From the sequence record PP723049.1: DNA of 40,000 nucleotides. One strand, given 5' to 3'. The notes beneath the pieces were generated by a model that had not been told where the DNA came from, did no database searches, and saw only the letters and a program-made list of their open reading frames with translations. Positions 26,337 to 34,454 of this stretch are shown piece by piece; position 1 is the stretch's first letter; each line of letters opens with the position of its first letter. A program made the position numbers and the translations under genes. Source of the DNA: Klebsiella phage vB_Kpn529046-KEN25_1.

Positions 26337-27053
26337 TTAATTTTCTCTCAATTTAAATTCGTTTATCATAGAACCATACGGCTCATCTGGATAACCATTC
26401 TTTACAGCTAACTTATTAAATCTTCTATACCCAACTTTACCATTATTTTTCCATAGCAAATACAGCTCTTCGAAAAATTTCCAATTCTCGAGGTGTGCAC
26501 GTTTAGCTGCCTTAATTCCTGCGATATGCCGGGCCTTTACGTCACTTCTTGCTAATGCCTTAATGGTATTATTTCTTTGTTTTTCTTTTACCTCTGGACG
26601 CTGTTGGGATAATTTAGACGCCATCCCATTGCGGGCTTTTACTACAGGATTTGATAAAGTTTTCTTCATTGAAGCTGACACTTTATCTCTATGACCGGGA
26701 GTAGCCCAAAGCTTTTTAGCATGATTGGAATTCTTTACTCTAGTACTTTTATAGACAGTTCCACCTTCACCGCCATCCGATAAATTCATACATAATGAAC
26801 CGTACTTAATTTTACCGGCTTTAATGTATAGTGCTTCTGCGTTAGAAGCAAGTTCATACGTACTAAAGAATTCAAGTTTTCTTACACTAATCTTATAACG
26901 CTCAGGATATTTTTTAACATGACGCATATAATATCCTGAACCCGAATACGAATCGTTTAAACTGTTACTTCTATGTTTTCCGAAGTAGTGTTTAACTACT
27001 CCGGTCTTAAGATTTTCTATCTCAGTGTGATAAATGTAATTATATTTTTTCAT
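26337..27053 (-). mobile_element. GIY-YIG homing endonuclease (Seg-like), free-standing
   Basis: 238 aa; YNYIYHTEIENLKTG...HYFGKHRSNSLNDSYSGSG catalytic region, basic helical middle and C-terminus. Confidence 0.85.
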
Positions 27054-27061
27054 AATATTAT

Positions 27062-28042
27062 TTATCCACGGAGTTGGGTTACTTCAGCAATTTCACGCCA
27101 GTTTTTACGGTCAGTCGCGACGAAATCACCAATATAAAGTGCGGTACGGAGAGATACGTTACGCAGACGGTTTACGTTATCTTTCATAAATTCCAAAACT
27201 TCAATAACTTCGGAATTTCTTAACCCACGGTTCTGTAACATAGAAGTAGTCATTATTACATCTTGAACTCGGACCATAATCTCTTCATTAGTGTGAACAC
27301 CAAGGTCAAGATAAACCGAACGTGATACCAGAGCTTGAAGATGTGGAGCAAGTTTAGAACCGCGCTCTAATTCACGGTCAATATCAACGTTAGTGATAAA
27401 GACCACAGTACCTTCAAACTCAAACTCATTAGGAATTCCTTTATCCTCCAAGAAAGAAGATGCAGTACTCCAGCATACTTTACGTTTCTCTCCTGAATCC
27501 AAAGCAGCTTTCAGAAGGTTAAGAATGTCCATATCAGAGAATACATCTACATCATCAATGAGCAGAACTGAATTTGCTTCACGTGATTCCCAAAGACGGC
27601 AGTATAAACCAATTCCTGAGATTTTACCGTTCACTGATTTGTAATCAATAGCGTTAGTATCATGAGCATGTTGTAATGCTTTATCCAAAGAGTAAGTCTT
27701 ACCGATACCTGCTGCTCCGGAGATAATCAGAGAACGAATATTCCCGTGGATTAAACCGTTAGTCATTAATCCCATGACGTTAAAGCGTTTCTTGATACGC
27801 TCTTTCATTTCATCAACGGATTCAACAACTTCAATTTTAGCAGCTACTCCGTCAATTGTGATATCATCTTTGAATACCCAAACACCACGCTTTTTGCCAT
27901 TCAGTTCAACAAAGACTTTACCATCACCCTGGCGAGAATCTTCAGCACTTAAGCTATCCGGGAACCACTCACCGAGTAACTCATAAGTACCTGAAATCTC
28001 TTTGCCGAAGTAAATCCCTTTCTTGATGGTGATAGTTGACAT
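27062..28042 (-). CDS. AAA family ATPase, 326 aa
   Basis: Walker A SGAAGIGKT, Walker B SVLLIDDVD, sensor-like VVFITNVD. Confidence 0.88.
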   Translation of the reverse strand: MSTITIKKGIYFGKEISGTYELLGEWFPDSLSAEDSRQGDGKVFVELNGKKRGVWVFKDDITIDGVAAKIEVVESVDEMKERIKKRFNVMGLMTNGLIHGNIRSLIISGAAGIGKTYSLDKALQHAHDTNAIDYKSVNGKISGIGLYCRLWESREANSVLLIDDVDVFSDMDILNLLKAALDSGEKRKVCWSTASSFLEDKGIPNEFEFEGTVVFITNVDIDRELERGSKLAPHLQALVSRSVYLDLGVHTNEEIMVRVQDVIMTTSMLQNRGLRNSEVIEVLEFMKDNVNRLRNVSLRTALYIGDFVATDRKNWREIAEVTQLRG

Positions 28043-28079
28043 TTTATTCTCCGTTACTCTGTTTTGTTTTGATGGAGCT

Positions 28080-28109
28080 ATAGTATCATTCTACAGCTCC
28101 AAAGTAAAC
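28080..28109 (-). promoter_or_regulatory. T4-type early promoter
   Basis: GTTTAC (28104-28109), 18 nt, TACTAT (28080-28085). Confidence 0.92.
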
Positions 28110-28119
28110 TACTTTTTAA

Positions 28120-28335
28120 TTATTTTTCTAAAATTTCATTGATGTAGTAAGGACGGACCTTTGAACCAAGATAGAAGTCATCTACAAAATCAATCAAGTT
28201 GTCAGTTTCACCACGGATGATAGCAAGTTTAGAGAACGCTTCTCCTACCATCATTGGTTCAAATTCTACGCCGTGGGCTTCAGCAGCTTTAAAGGCTTTA
28301 TCAATGTTGTTTACAACGATTTCTAAAGTTTTCAT
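28120..28335 (-). CDS. Hypothetical protein, 71 aa
   Basis: MKTLEIVVNNIDKAFKAAEAHGVEFEPMM...; start 28335, SD GGAG. Confidence 0.78.
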   Translation of the reverse strand: MKTLEIVVNNIDKAFKAAEAHGVEFEPMMVGEAFSKLAIIRGETDNLIDFVDDFYLGSKVRPYYINEILEK

Positions 28336-28373
28336 TTTATTCTCCATTGTATCTGTTTGGGTGGTACAGGTCT

Positions 28374-28403
28374 ATAGTATCATCAGCTAACGAGCTTGTA
28401 TAC
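28374..28403 (-). promoter_or_regulatory. T4-type early promoter (variant -35)
   Basis: GTATAC (28398-28403), 18 nt, TACTAT (28374-28379). Confidence 0.8.
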
Positions 28404-28431
28404 TACTTTATGCATTCTTTTGAAACAAAAA

Positions 28432-28451
28432 GAGGAGCCCGAAGGCTCCTC
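28432..28451 (-). terminator. C(UUCG)G rho-independent terminator
   Basis: GAGGAGCC-TTCG-GGCTCCTC-TTTTTG. Confidence 0.93.
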
Positions 28452-28453
28452 AG

Positions 28454-28693
28454 TTATGCGTGCTTGTTGATAGCGTTTTCTGCGATACGCTTTGGAAGTT
28501 TACCTGCCCAGCGGAAGAACATGATAATCGCTCCGGCAATAAACGCAGGGAACCAAAAGATGAGATAAAACCAATACTCTCCTGCTTTCTCGATGGTTCC
28601 ATTTTTGATTAGATGCTTACAGACAGACCAACCCACGACAAAGTAAATTATTGCAACAACGATTGGCACTACTACGCTCCACAGTAAAATCAT
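28454..28693 (-). CDS. Small membrane protein, 79 aa, two predicted TM segments
   Basis: SVVVPIVVAIIYFVVGW and FYLIFWFPAFIAGAIIMFF. Confidence 0.8.
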   Translation of the reverse strand: MILLWSVVVPIVVAIIYFVVGWSVCKHLIKNGTIEKAGEYWFYLIFWFPAFIAGAIIMFFRWAGKLPKRIAENAINKHA

Positions 28694-28878
28694 ATTTCAG
28701 CCCAATAAAGTGAGAACCGGAGCTCTTCTCCGGCCCATGACATAAATCGGTGGATTTGTTTTCGAGTTGGTCGAGCAGAGAATTTAGCATTTTCTCTACG
28801 ACCAGTCTCTCTGCAAACTGCTTCCAAATACCACCGTCTACCTTTATGAGGTCTTCCGTAATTCAAGAAGACCTTCAT
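28690..28878 (-). CDS. Hypothetical basic protein
   Basis: MKVFLNYGRPHKGRRWYLEAVCRETGRRENAKFSARPTRKQ; start likely 28878. Confidence 0.65.
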   Translation of the reverse strand: MKVFLNYGRPHKGRRWYLEAVCRETGRRENAKFSARPTRKQIHRFMSWAGEELRFSLYWAEI

Positions 28879-28882
28879 TGTA

Positions 28883-29893
28883 TCATTTGTAGTAAGAATT
28901 GTGGTTTTCAAGATAAACCTTCTCGACGAAATCGTCCCAGAACTTCATGTCTACTTTCTTAGGCATTCCGTTATTTTCAGCAGTATGAGCTAGAATTTCT
29001 ACTTCATCTACTACAGACTCGAGAAGCTCCTGTACTTCTTTGAACGGTAACTCACCTGCTTTGACCATCTTGACCATTTTAGCATGGGTCAGAGGGAATT
29101 GAAGGTCACCAGTCATATAGATTTCCTGAAGCTGCAGACCTGCACGAAGAGCATGACTCAGTGCTTTCCAGTCAACGCCTTCGTTAGCTTCTGCCTTACG
29201 AGCACGTTCACCATATTCAGCATCAAGTTTCTCAAGAGAATACTTCATCTCTTTGATAGTGATAGTCGTCTGGAATTTACGACCCAGAACGTTATAAAAC
29301 TTCTGCTCGCCTGATTTGTGGTCAACGAAGGTGGTCCATTCGAGGAATTCACCGAGAGGAAGTTTCTCTGCGATATCCTGTACTTTCCAACGCTCATTGA
29401 TACCCTTCTGCTGAGGACGATCGTCATATTTCCACTCAGGAATATCTCGGATAACATCCAGGACTTTATGCAAATCAGCTAAACGAGAACCCTTAACGCC
29501 ATACTTACCTGCTTGCTTACGGACATATCCAAGATAAGCCTTCATGTCAGTGGTATAGAAACGAGCTCGGTTGTCTTGAATGAATTTCCATACTTCAGGA
29601 AGGTCAGATGCAACTACCAATTCCGGCGGAGTATGCAGCATATCCAACGCTACAGTTTCACCATCAGCAGCGAGCTTGAAGAAATACTTTAAGCTGAACA
29701 GCTCATGGTCAATATCGTCTTTGGTATTTTTGGTTGCGCTGTTGTTAGTATTACGATTGGTGTGGTTCATCGCCTGACACATTAGAATATCACGCGGATG
29801 AGGTACAAAGATTTCTTTAAAATCCACATCTGACTCGGGAGTTGAAGTACCATACAGATGTGAACCAAAATAAGATTTTACGATTGTTTTCAT
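28883..29893 (-). CDS. Predicted nucleotidyltransferase, 336 aa
   Basis: N-terminal YFGSHLYGTSTPESDVDFKEIFVP = GS-x-YG-x5-SDxD minimal NTase active site. Confidence 0.82.
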   Translation of the reverse strand: MKTIVKSYFGSHLYGTSTPESDVDFKEIFVPHPRDILMCQAMNHTNRNTNNSATKNTKDDIDHELFSLKYFFKLAADGETVALDMLHTPPELVVASDLPEVWKFIQDNRARFYTTDMKAYLGYVRKQAGKYGVKGSRLADLHKVLDVIRDIPEWKYDDRPQQKGINERWKVQDIAEKLPLGEFLEWTTFVDHKSGEQKFYNVLGRKFQTTITIKEMKYSLEKLDAEYGERARKAEANEGVDWKALSHALRAGLQLQEIYMTGDLQFPLTHAKMVKMVKAGELPFKEVQELLESVVDEVEILAHTAENNGMPKKVDMKFWDDFVEKVYLENHNSYYK

Positions 29894-30312
29894 AAGTAAA
29901 TATGATTCCCTTTAGCGAATTTAACTAATGCATTAGAACGCTTGGCTGCTTCTTCTGCTCGAGTTTTATCTGTAGTTCTTTTTGATGTACGGTAAACATT
30001 ACCAATTTTTTGACTGGTGTAATAATACACTACCTCATGAGTATGATACTCTTGTCCATCAGGATGCTGCTCACGACAAGTTTCTTCACGTAATGTTGTT
30101 TCATACATAGGAACTAATGCCCAATCAATTCCTGTGCTAATGATTGCCACCTGAATGTCAAGTCTGTTCCAGCGAAATGCATTGATATATCCTAGGACCC
30201 GTGATTCCGGGTCCATCATTGCGAATTTAATGTTTTCGGCTGAAGCTAGCGGCATTTGTTTTACAATACTCATACTAAGTTTTTTCTTAGTAGTTACGAT
30301 TTCAATTTCCAT
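29890..30312 (-). CDS. Hypothetical protein, 140 aa
   Basis: ATGA-coupled ORF. Confidence 0.75.
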   Translation of the reverse strand: MEIEIVTTKKKLSMSIVKQMPLASAENIKFAMMDPESRVLGYINAFRWNRLDIQVAIISTGIDWALVPMYETTLREETCREQHPDGQEYHTHEVVYYYTSQKIGNVYRTSKRTTDKTRAEEAAKRSNALVKFAKGNHIYL

Positions 30313-30524
30313 ACCCCGCCCTCATAATATATGTCTAAATCAATATTATCTTTGCCGCTGTACTTGCCAGTCAAAGGAATAAATTTAACCGTAATCTTTT
30401 CGCCGTCATCAAAAGTAAATTCGGCAATAGGACATGTAGAAATTATACCACGTTCGGTTTTAGCACGAAAGACGGCCCGAAGGCCGTTCACAATATAAAC
30501 TTGATCATTCTTCACTAGGTTCAC
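30294..30524 (-). CDS. Hypothetical protein, 76 aa
   Basis: ORF overlapping both neighbours. Confidence 0.7.
   Translation of the reverse strand: MNLVKNDQVYIVNGLRAVFRAKTERGIISTCPIAEFTFDDGEKITVKFIPLTGKYSGKDNIDLDIYYEGGVWKLKS
30472..30487 (-). other. C(UUCG)G hairpin embedded in coding sequence
   Basis: ACGGCC-TTCG-GGCCGT then CTTTC; near codons 13-18 of the ORF starting at 30524. Confidence 0.8.
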
Positions 30525-31086
30525 CTACTGTAATGTCTAGCATTGATTTAACGAGCGAGATGTCATTTGTACTAAACACATGAGCTTTTCCTTTATTGTT
30601 CTGGCAAAACATGCTTCCATCTGCTGCAATTGCTAGTACTTCATAGCAGTTATTAGTTGTAGAGAATTTATCGCCCACTACAAGAGGAACATTAACTTTA
30701 CACTTCTCGTAAACGGTGTATTTAAGGCTGCTGAGATTAATTACCGACTTAGAACCACCGGGTAAAAGTTTACAGATATAAAATCCATCATCTGAAGACT
30801 CTTTTAGGTAATCATCGATATACATTCCACGGTAACCATCTTTAGGATATACCACAGTAGTTGTTTCTCGGCTACCATAATCGTAATATACTACGATTTT
30901 GCTGTCTTTACTTTTAAAGAAAATCGATACCGTATGCGCTGAGCTGCACTTGAAGGTAGAAATAAATTCAACTTCAAGCTCAAATCGATTGCTTTGGTTA
31001 TCAAACCCAATTTCTACTTTATCACCAACCTTTAAGGGTTTTTCAATAAGGCTTTCTTCAAATTTCGTGCGAATAAAACGTTTCAT
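30505..31086 (-). CDS. Hypothetical protein, 193 aa
   Basis: ORF. Confidence 0.78.
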   Translation of the reverse strand: MKRFIRTKFEESLIEKPLKVGDKVEIGFDNQSNRFELEVEFISTFKCSSAHTVSIFFKSKDSKIVVYYDYGSRETTTVVYPKDGYRGMYIDDYLKESSDDGFYICKLLPGGSKSVINLSSLKYTVYEKCKVNVPLVVGDKFSTTNNCYEVLAIAADGSMFCQNNKGKAHVFSTNDISLVKSMLDITVGEPSEE

Positions 31087-31574
31087 TTATCACCTTCTAC
31101 ATAATCAATCATTGGGCAGACTTTCCGCTTACGAGCTTTTAAATACTGGACGAATACCGACGGTTCGGCTTCTGCCGGAAGACCAGCTTTTACGCGAGCG
31201 AGTTTCTTGGTATACTTTTTCTGGATACGGTAATGTTTAAATTTTTCTAAACCAAAAATAAATCCAAAAGCTATAGCTGCAAACAAAAGCACAAATGCTG
31301 CTATAACCACTGCGCCAACTGGTACTGCTACAACGTTTAACCAAAACGCGGATAAACTAATACCTATCCAAGAGAGAATTCCTGTCTCTGCTACAATCGG
31401 CCAACCGAACATCCATGCAACAGAACCGATGAACGTGATAATCGCCGAAGAAAACACAACATGAAGAACTGTCGTCCAGAAGTATCCACATAGAGTTTTT
31501 GGCATTTTCCACATGTTGTCAGATTTAAACCACAGGTTCATTTTGAAATGCCAAGAGTTTTTATTAATATTCAT
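31083..31574 (-). CDS. Integral membrane protein, 163 aa
   Basis: Several hydrophobic segments; C-terminal RKRKVCPMIDYVEGDK. Confidence 0.82.
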   Translation of the reverse strand: MNINKNSWHFKMNLWFKSDNMWKMPKTLCGYFWTTVLHVVFSSAIITFIGSVAWMFGWPIVAETGILSWIGISLSAFWLNVVAVPVGAVVIAAFVLLFAAIAFGFIFGLEKFKHYRIQKKYTKKLARVKAGLPAEAEPSVFVQYLKARKRKVCPMIDYVEGDK

Positions 31575-31576
31575 TA

Positions 31577-31798
31577 TCAGTCCTTCATAGTCGGAATCAT
31601 AGTTACAAGATATTTTACGAGCTGTTCAGCATCGGATTTATCAATCATCAAGATAGTACCGTTGCGCTCAATTTCAATAAGTGTAGAACCGTATAGCTCT
31701 ACGGTAGTCAGATGCAAATCATTAATGTATGGACTTTCGTCCTCAATTACTGCATCACCTTTGCGGGATTTTCCGTCCCATACTAATTTACTCGCCAT
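31577..31798 (-). CDS. Hypothetical protein, 73 aa
   Basis: C-terminus resembles that of the upstream 63-aa ORF. Confidence 0.7.
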   Translation of the reverse strand: MASKLVWDGKSRKGDAVIEDESPYINDLHLTTVELYGSTLIEIERNGTILMIDKSDAEQLVKYLVTMIPTMKD

Positions 31799-31979
31799 CT
31801 TTTGCCTCTATCAAGAATTGAATTAATGAATCAATTTGTTTAGTATCAAGATGAATTATATCATTGCCTTGTTTTAGCACGATACGACTCAACTTTTTAG
31901 TGAAATACGAATTCACAACCTTTACATGCACATCGCTGTACGGATTATCTAAATTGGTACTATCAAGAATACTTTCCAT
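31788..31979 (-). CDS. Hypothetical protein, 63 aa
   Basis: Possible paralogue of 31577..31798. Confidence 0.68.
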   Translation of the reverse strand: MESILDSTNLDNPYSDVHVKVVNSYFTKKLSRIVLKQGNDIIHLDTKQIDSLIQFLIEAKDGE

Positions 31980-31981
31980 AA

Positions 31982-32248
31982 TTACCTCAATTGTGAATCT
32001 TTTGAACCACGACGATTATAAGCAGAAGTCATTACACTGTCCCACTTTCCTTGACATTCTACACACCGTTGGCAGCCTTTAACAAGAAGGCGACGAGCTA
32101 TTGGAATTTCCTCATCACAGTCAACGCAAAACTCTTCGGATTCACGTTGTTCTTGAAGCTGTTTCTGGAGACGGGCCCATTCAATCCCGTCTGCTATAGT
32201 GGCTTCACGAGTTGCGAAGCCGTCATCCGATGGACCCCATCCGTTCAT
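31982..32248 (-). CDS. TraR/DksA-type zinc finger protein, 88 aa
   Basis: CVDCDEEIPIARRLLVKGCQRCVECQ. Confidence 0.88.
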   Translation of the reverse strand: MNGWGPSDDGFATREATIADGIEWARLQKQLQEQRESEEFCVDCDEEIPIARRLLVKGCQRCVECQGKWDSVMTSAYNRRGSKDSQLR

Positions 32249-32355
32249 TTCAAACTCGCTATAATTAAATCAAGCAAATCGTTAACAAAGTTGTAAGTAA
32301 ACATCGGATATTGATATTGAACTACCATGTATAAAATAATCAAGATGTTTTTCAT
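32245..32355 (-). CDS. Small hydrophobic ORF, 36 aa
   Basis: Not in track; MKNILIILYMVVQYQYPMFTYNFVNDLLDLIIASLK; ATGA overlaps at both ends. Confidence 0.65.
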   Translation of the reverse strand: MKNILIILYMVVQYQYPMFTYNFVNDLLDLIIASLK

Positions 32356-32837
32356 TCTTCGTCATCAAAGTCGTAGTAATCGTAATCACAGGAATCAAGA
32401 TAAGAATCCATGAATTCTTTCTGCCGACGAAAATCCTCAATAGGAGTCAGTCTGTCTGCATACGCTTGATCATCTGGGTCACTGAACTTGTCTTCTTGCA
32501 GTTCTTTAATGAACTGTTCAGCTTCTTCACGCGTCCAAAACCCACGATTAAGATTATGAACCGAACGTTTTTCACCTGGCTTGAATACGCCCATATCATG
32601 AGCAGAACGCTCAGTTGAATAACTTTCAGTTTGGCCAGCATAGTTTTCATATTCGCAAATCACCTGGAAGAAAGGAGATTTTCGCGAATATACACCACGA
32701 AGACCAAGTTCAACATCATACGTGCCTGATGCAACAATGTAACGCGAAATAGAACCAGACTTGGTTTCAGTGCGATTAACACCACACACGTGATAAAAGA
32801 TTTTTCCAGGTTGAAGCTCGGTAGTTAACTTAATCAT
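32352..32837 (-). CDS. Hypothetical acidic protein, 161 aa
   Basis: First ORF after an early promoter. Confidence 0.8.
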   Translation of the reverse strand: MIKLTTELQPGKIFYHVCGVNRTETKSGSISRYIVASGTYDVELGLRGVYSRKSPFFQVICEYENYAGQTESYSTERSAHDMGVFKPGEKRSVHNLNRGFWTREEAEQFIKELQEDKFSDPDDQAYADRLTPIEDFRRQKEFMDSYLDSCDYDYYDFDDEE

Positions 32838-32869
32838 AATGTTTTTCTCGTTTGGTTGTTGATATGTCT

Positions 32870-32898
32870 ATAGTATCATGTAATGAAGGGAAGTAAAC
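32870..32898 (-). promoter_or_regulatory. T4-type early promoter
   Basis: GTTTAC (32893-32898), 17 nt, TACTAT (32870-32875). Confidence 0.92.
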
Positions 32899-32917
32899 AA
32901 CTTTTTGAAAAGAAAAT

Positions 32918-32933
32918 GCCTCCCGAAGGAGGC
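32918..32933 (-). terminator. C(UUCG)G terminator
   Basis: GCCTCC-TTCG-GGAGGC followed by ATTTTCTTTTC. Confidence 0.82.
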
Positions 32934-32941
32934 GGAGGGTA

Positions 32942-33328
32942 TTACTGCAATGATAACAAATACTTAGTCTTGTAGCATAGACCTGTAATGTCATCCAGAA
33001 CACTTTGGAGGGCGGCAGGAACTGACTTGTAGATACCATCGGCCTTAGCCAGAATGAGGTCTAGCATTTCAATGGTGTCCTTTGGCAGCTCTTTCTGTGA
33101 TGGTAAAGCCGGTGTATAACTCTTACCTGAGAATCCTAACCACTGCTCACCAAAAGCATCTATCAAATCTGGAATCTCGTTAAAGAAAACTTCATACGCT
33201 TTATGTCTGGCATACGATTTGGTATCAAAATGCGCTGAATGAAAATACGCCTGAGACGCCATAAGTAAACCGATGAATTCATCTTGTGGAGTAAGTTTAC
33301 CGTCCTTTACAAAATCATTGAACTTCAT
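32942..33328 (-). CDS. rI.-1-like hypothetical protein
   Basis: 128 aa immediately downstream of rI, as in T4 gene order. Confidence 0.7.
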   Translation of the reverse strand: MKFNDFVKDGKLTPQDEFIGLLMASQAYFHSAHFDTKSYARHKAYEVFFNEIPDLIDAFGEQWLGFSGKSYTPALPSQKELPKDTIEMLDLILAKADGIYKSVPAALQSVLDDITGLCYKTKYLLSLQ

Positions 33329-33602
33329 TATCGAGTTGTATCCTCATGCGGTTAGCATATTCTTCACCTGCTGAACGTCCTAAAGAATCGCAATCTTTAG
33401 AACAAGACTCGCTCTTCCATTTACTTTGTATGAAAGAATAGAACTGTTCAGACTCTTGCTTACTAGGCTCCTTAAATTTAGCATAAACTTGTAGAGCGCC
33501 CTCAACATACGAGTTATAATCCGAAATGTCGTCGTGTGATGCAGCTGGGAATGAAATCCCGCAGCCCAACACTAGGGCTAAGCAAATGTGATTAAAGGCC
33601 AT
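33315..33602 (-). CDS. rI: RI antiholin / lysis inhibition regulator
   Basis: Signal sequence plus SEQFYSFIQSKWKSESCSKDCDSLGRSAGEEYANRMRIQLDNE, matching the T4 RI C-terminus. Confidence 0.9.
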   Translation of the reverse strand: MAFNHICLALVLGCGISFPAASHDDISDYNSYVEGALQVYAKFKEPSKQESEQFYSFIQSKWKSESCSKDCDSLGRSAGEEYANRMRIQLDNEVQ

Positions 33603-33613
33603 ACGGCCTCCTA

Positions 33614-33832
33614 TTATTTTTGTCCAGTATTACGTTTGTGCTGAAGTACAGCCTTAACTTCTTTGAGGTATTTTTCCAGCTTACGTTTACGGGTATAATC
33701 TGCTTTTGAACTGTGCTGACGAATTTCTTCCTGAAGGTGCGAAATACCATGCCCAATCTCACGACGAAGTTCGTCCAGTTGTTCTACAGTAAGATTACGA
33801 AGTTGCTTTTCACTTAAATGCTGCATATACAC
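33614..33832 (-). CDS. rI.1: rI.1-like protein
   Basis: 72 aa between rI and tk; [25 protein letters not shown]. Confidence 0.7.
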   Translation of the reverse strand: MYMQHLSEKQLRNLTVEQLDELRREIGHGISHLQEEIRQHSSKADYTRKRKLEKYLKEVKAVLQHKRNTGQK

Positions 33833-33850
33833 CTCATCAGTTAGTAATAG

Positions 33851-33858
33851 TATTTATA
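33851..33858 (-). promoter_or_regulatory. Late promoter upstream of rI.1-rI
   Basis: Minus strand TATAAATACTATTA. Confidence 0.85.
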
Positions 33859-33872
33859 TAAGTATGTGTTAC

Positions 33873-34256
33873 TTAATCCCAAAGCCATTCGCAGATGCCT
33901 TGCTCAATAGTTCTAGCACCAGCTTCGTCCCAGTTATATTCTTCGTCATACTTCAATGCGTGTTTAATTTCGGCTTTATGAAATAGACGTGGGATCGGCA
34001 TAGCATAACGGGTCCAACGTAGAGTTTTCCAGAATCCATCGCGCTTTGATTTAGCAATCAGTTTCTTGGCCTCTAGCGGTCTTTCCCGATTTTCAGAAAT
34101 ACGCAGTTCAACATATTTCTGTTGGGTTTCTTTATCTTTCTGAGTTTTAACGTATTCGTTATAGCTTTTAATATAAGCAAATTCGTTATTATTCTGATCG
34201 TTCCATTTGGAAGATTTTACTACATGCCAGCCTTTACGGCGAATTGTTCTAGACAT
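33873..34256 (-). CDS. Hypothetical protein, 127 aa
   Basis: ORF. Confidence 0.75.
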   Translation of the reverse strand: MSRTIRRKGWHVVKSSKWNDQNNNEFAYIKSYNEYVKTQKDKETQQKYVELRISENRERPLEAKKLIAKSKRDGFWKTLRWTRYAMPIPRLFHKAEIKHALKYDEEYNWDEAGARTIEQGICEWLWD

Positions 34257-34319
34257 TATTACCTCGTTAAGTTAAATTACCTCAACGATAGTAAAATCCT
34301 GATTTAAAAAATTTAATAT

Positions 34320-34454
34320 TCATGAATAGATTACCTTACATTTACATTTTGGACATTCAGGTTCTTTATTCTTAAGACGCTTGGTAGCAGTCTTTGGAGC
34401 AGTGTTGTAATCATATACATGAAGACAACGATAGCACATCACATATTTTTTCAT
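34320..34454 (-). CDS. Mini zinc-ribbon protein, 44 aa
   Basis: Not in track; MKKYVMCYRCLHVYDYNTAPKTATKRLKNKEPECPKCKCKVIYS. Confidence 0.65.
   Translation of the reverse strand: MKKYVMCYRCLHVYDYNTAPKTATKRLKNKEPECPKCKCKVIYS

Noticed and set aside
27059-27066. GATAAATA as a late promoter for the homing endonuclease
   Set aside because: First base is non-consensus and the predicted start site would fall at or inside the start codon at 27053.
32447-33039. Minus-strand ORFs 32447..32650, 32830..33039 and 29245..29457
   Set aside because: They overlap well-supported genes out of frame; 32830..33039 also runs over an early promoter and terminator.
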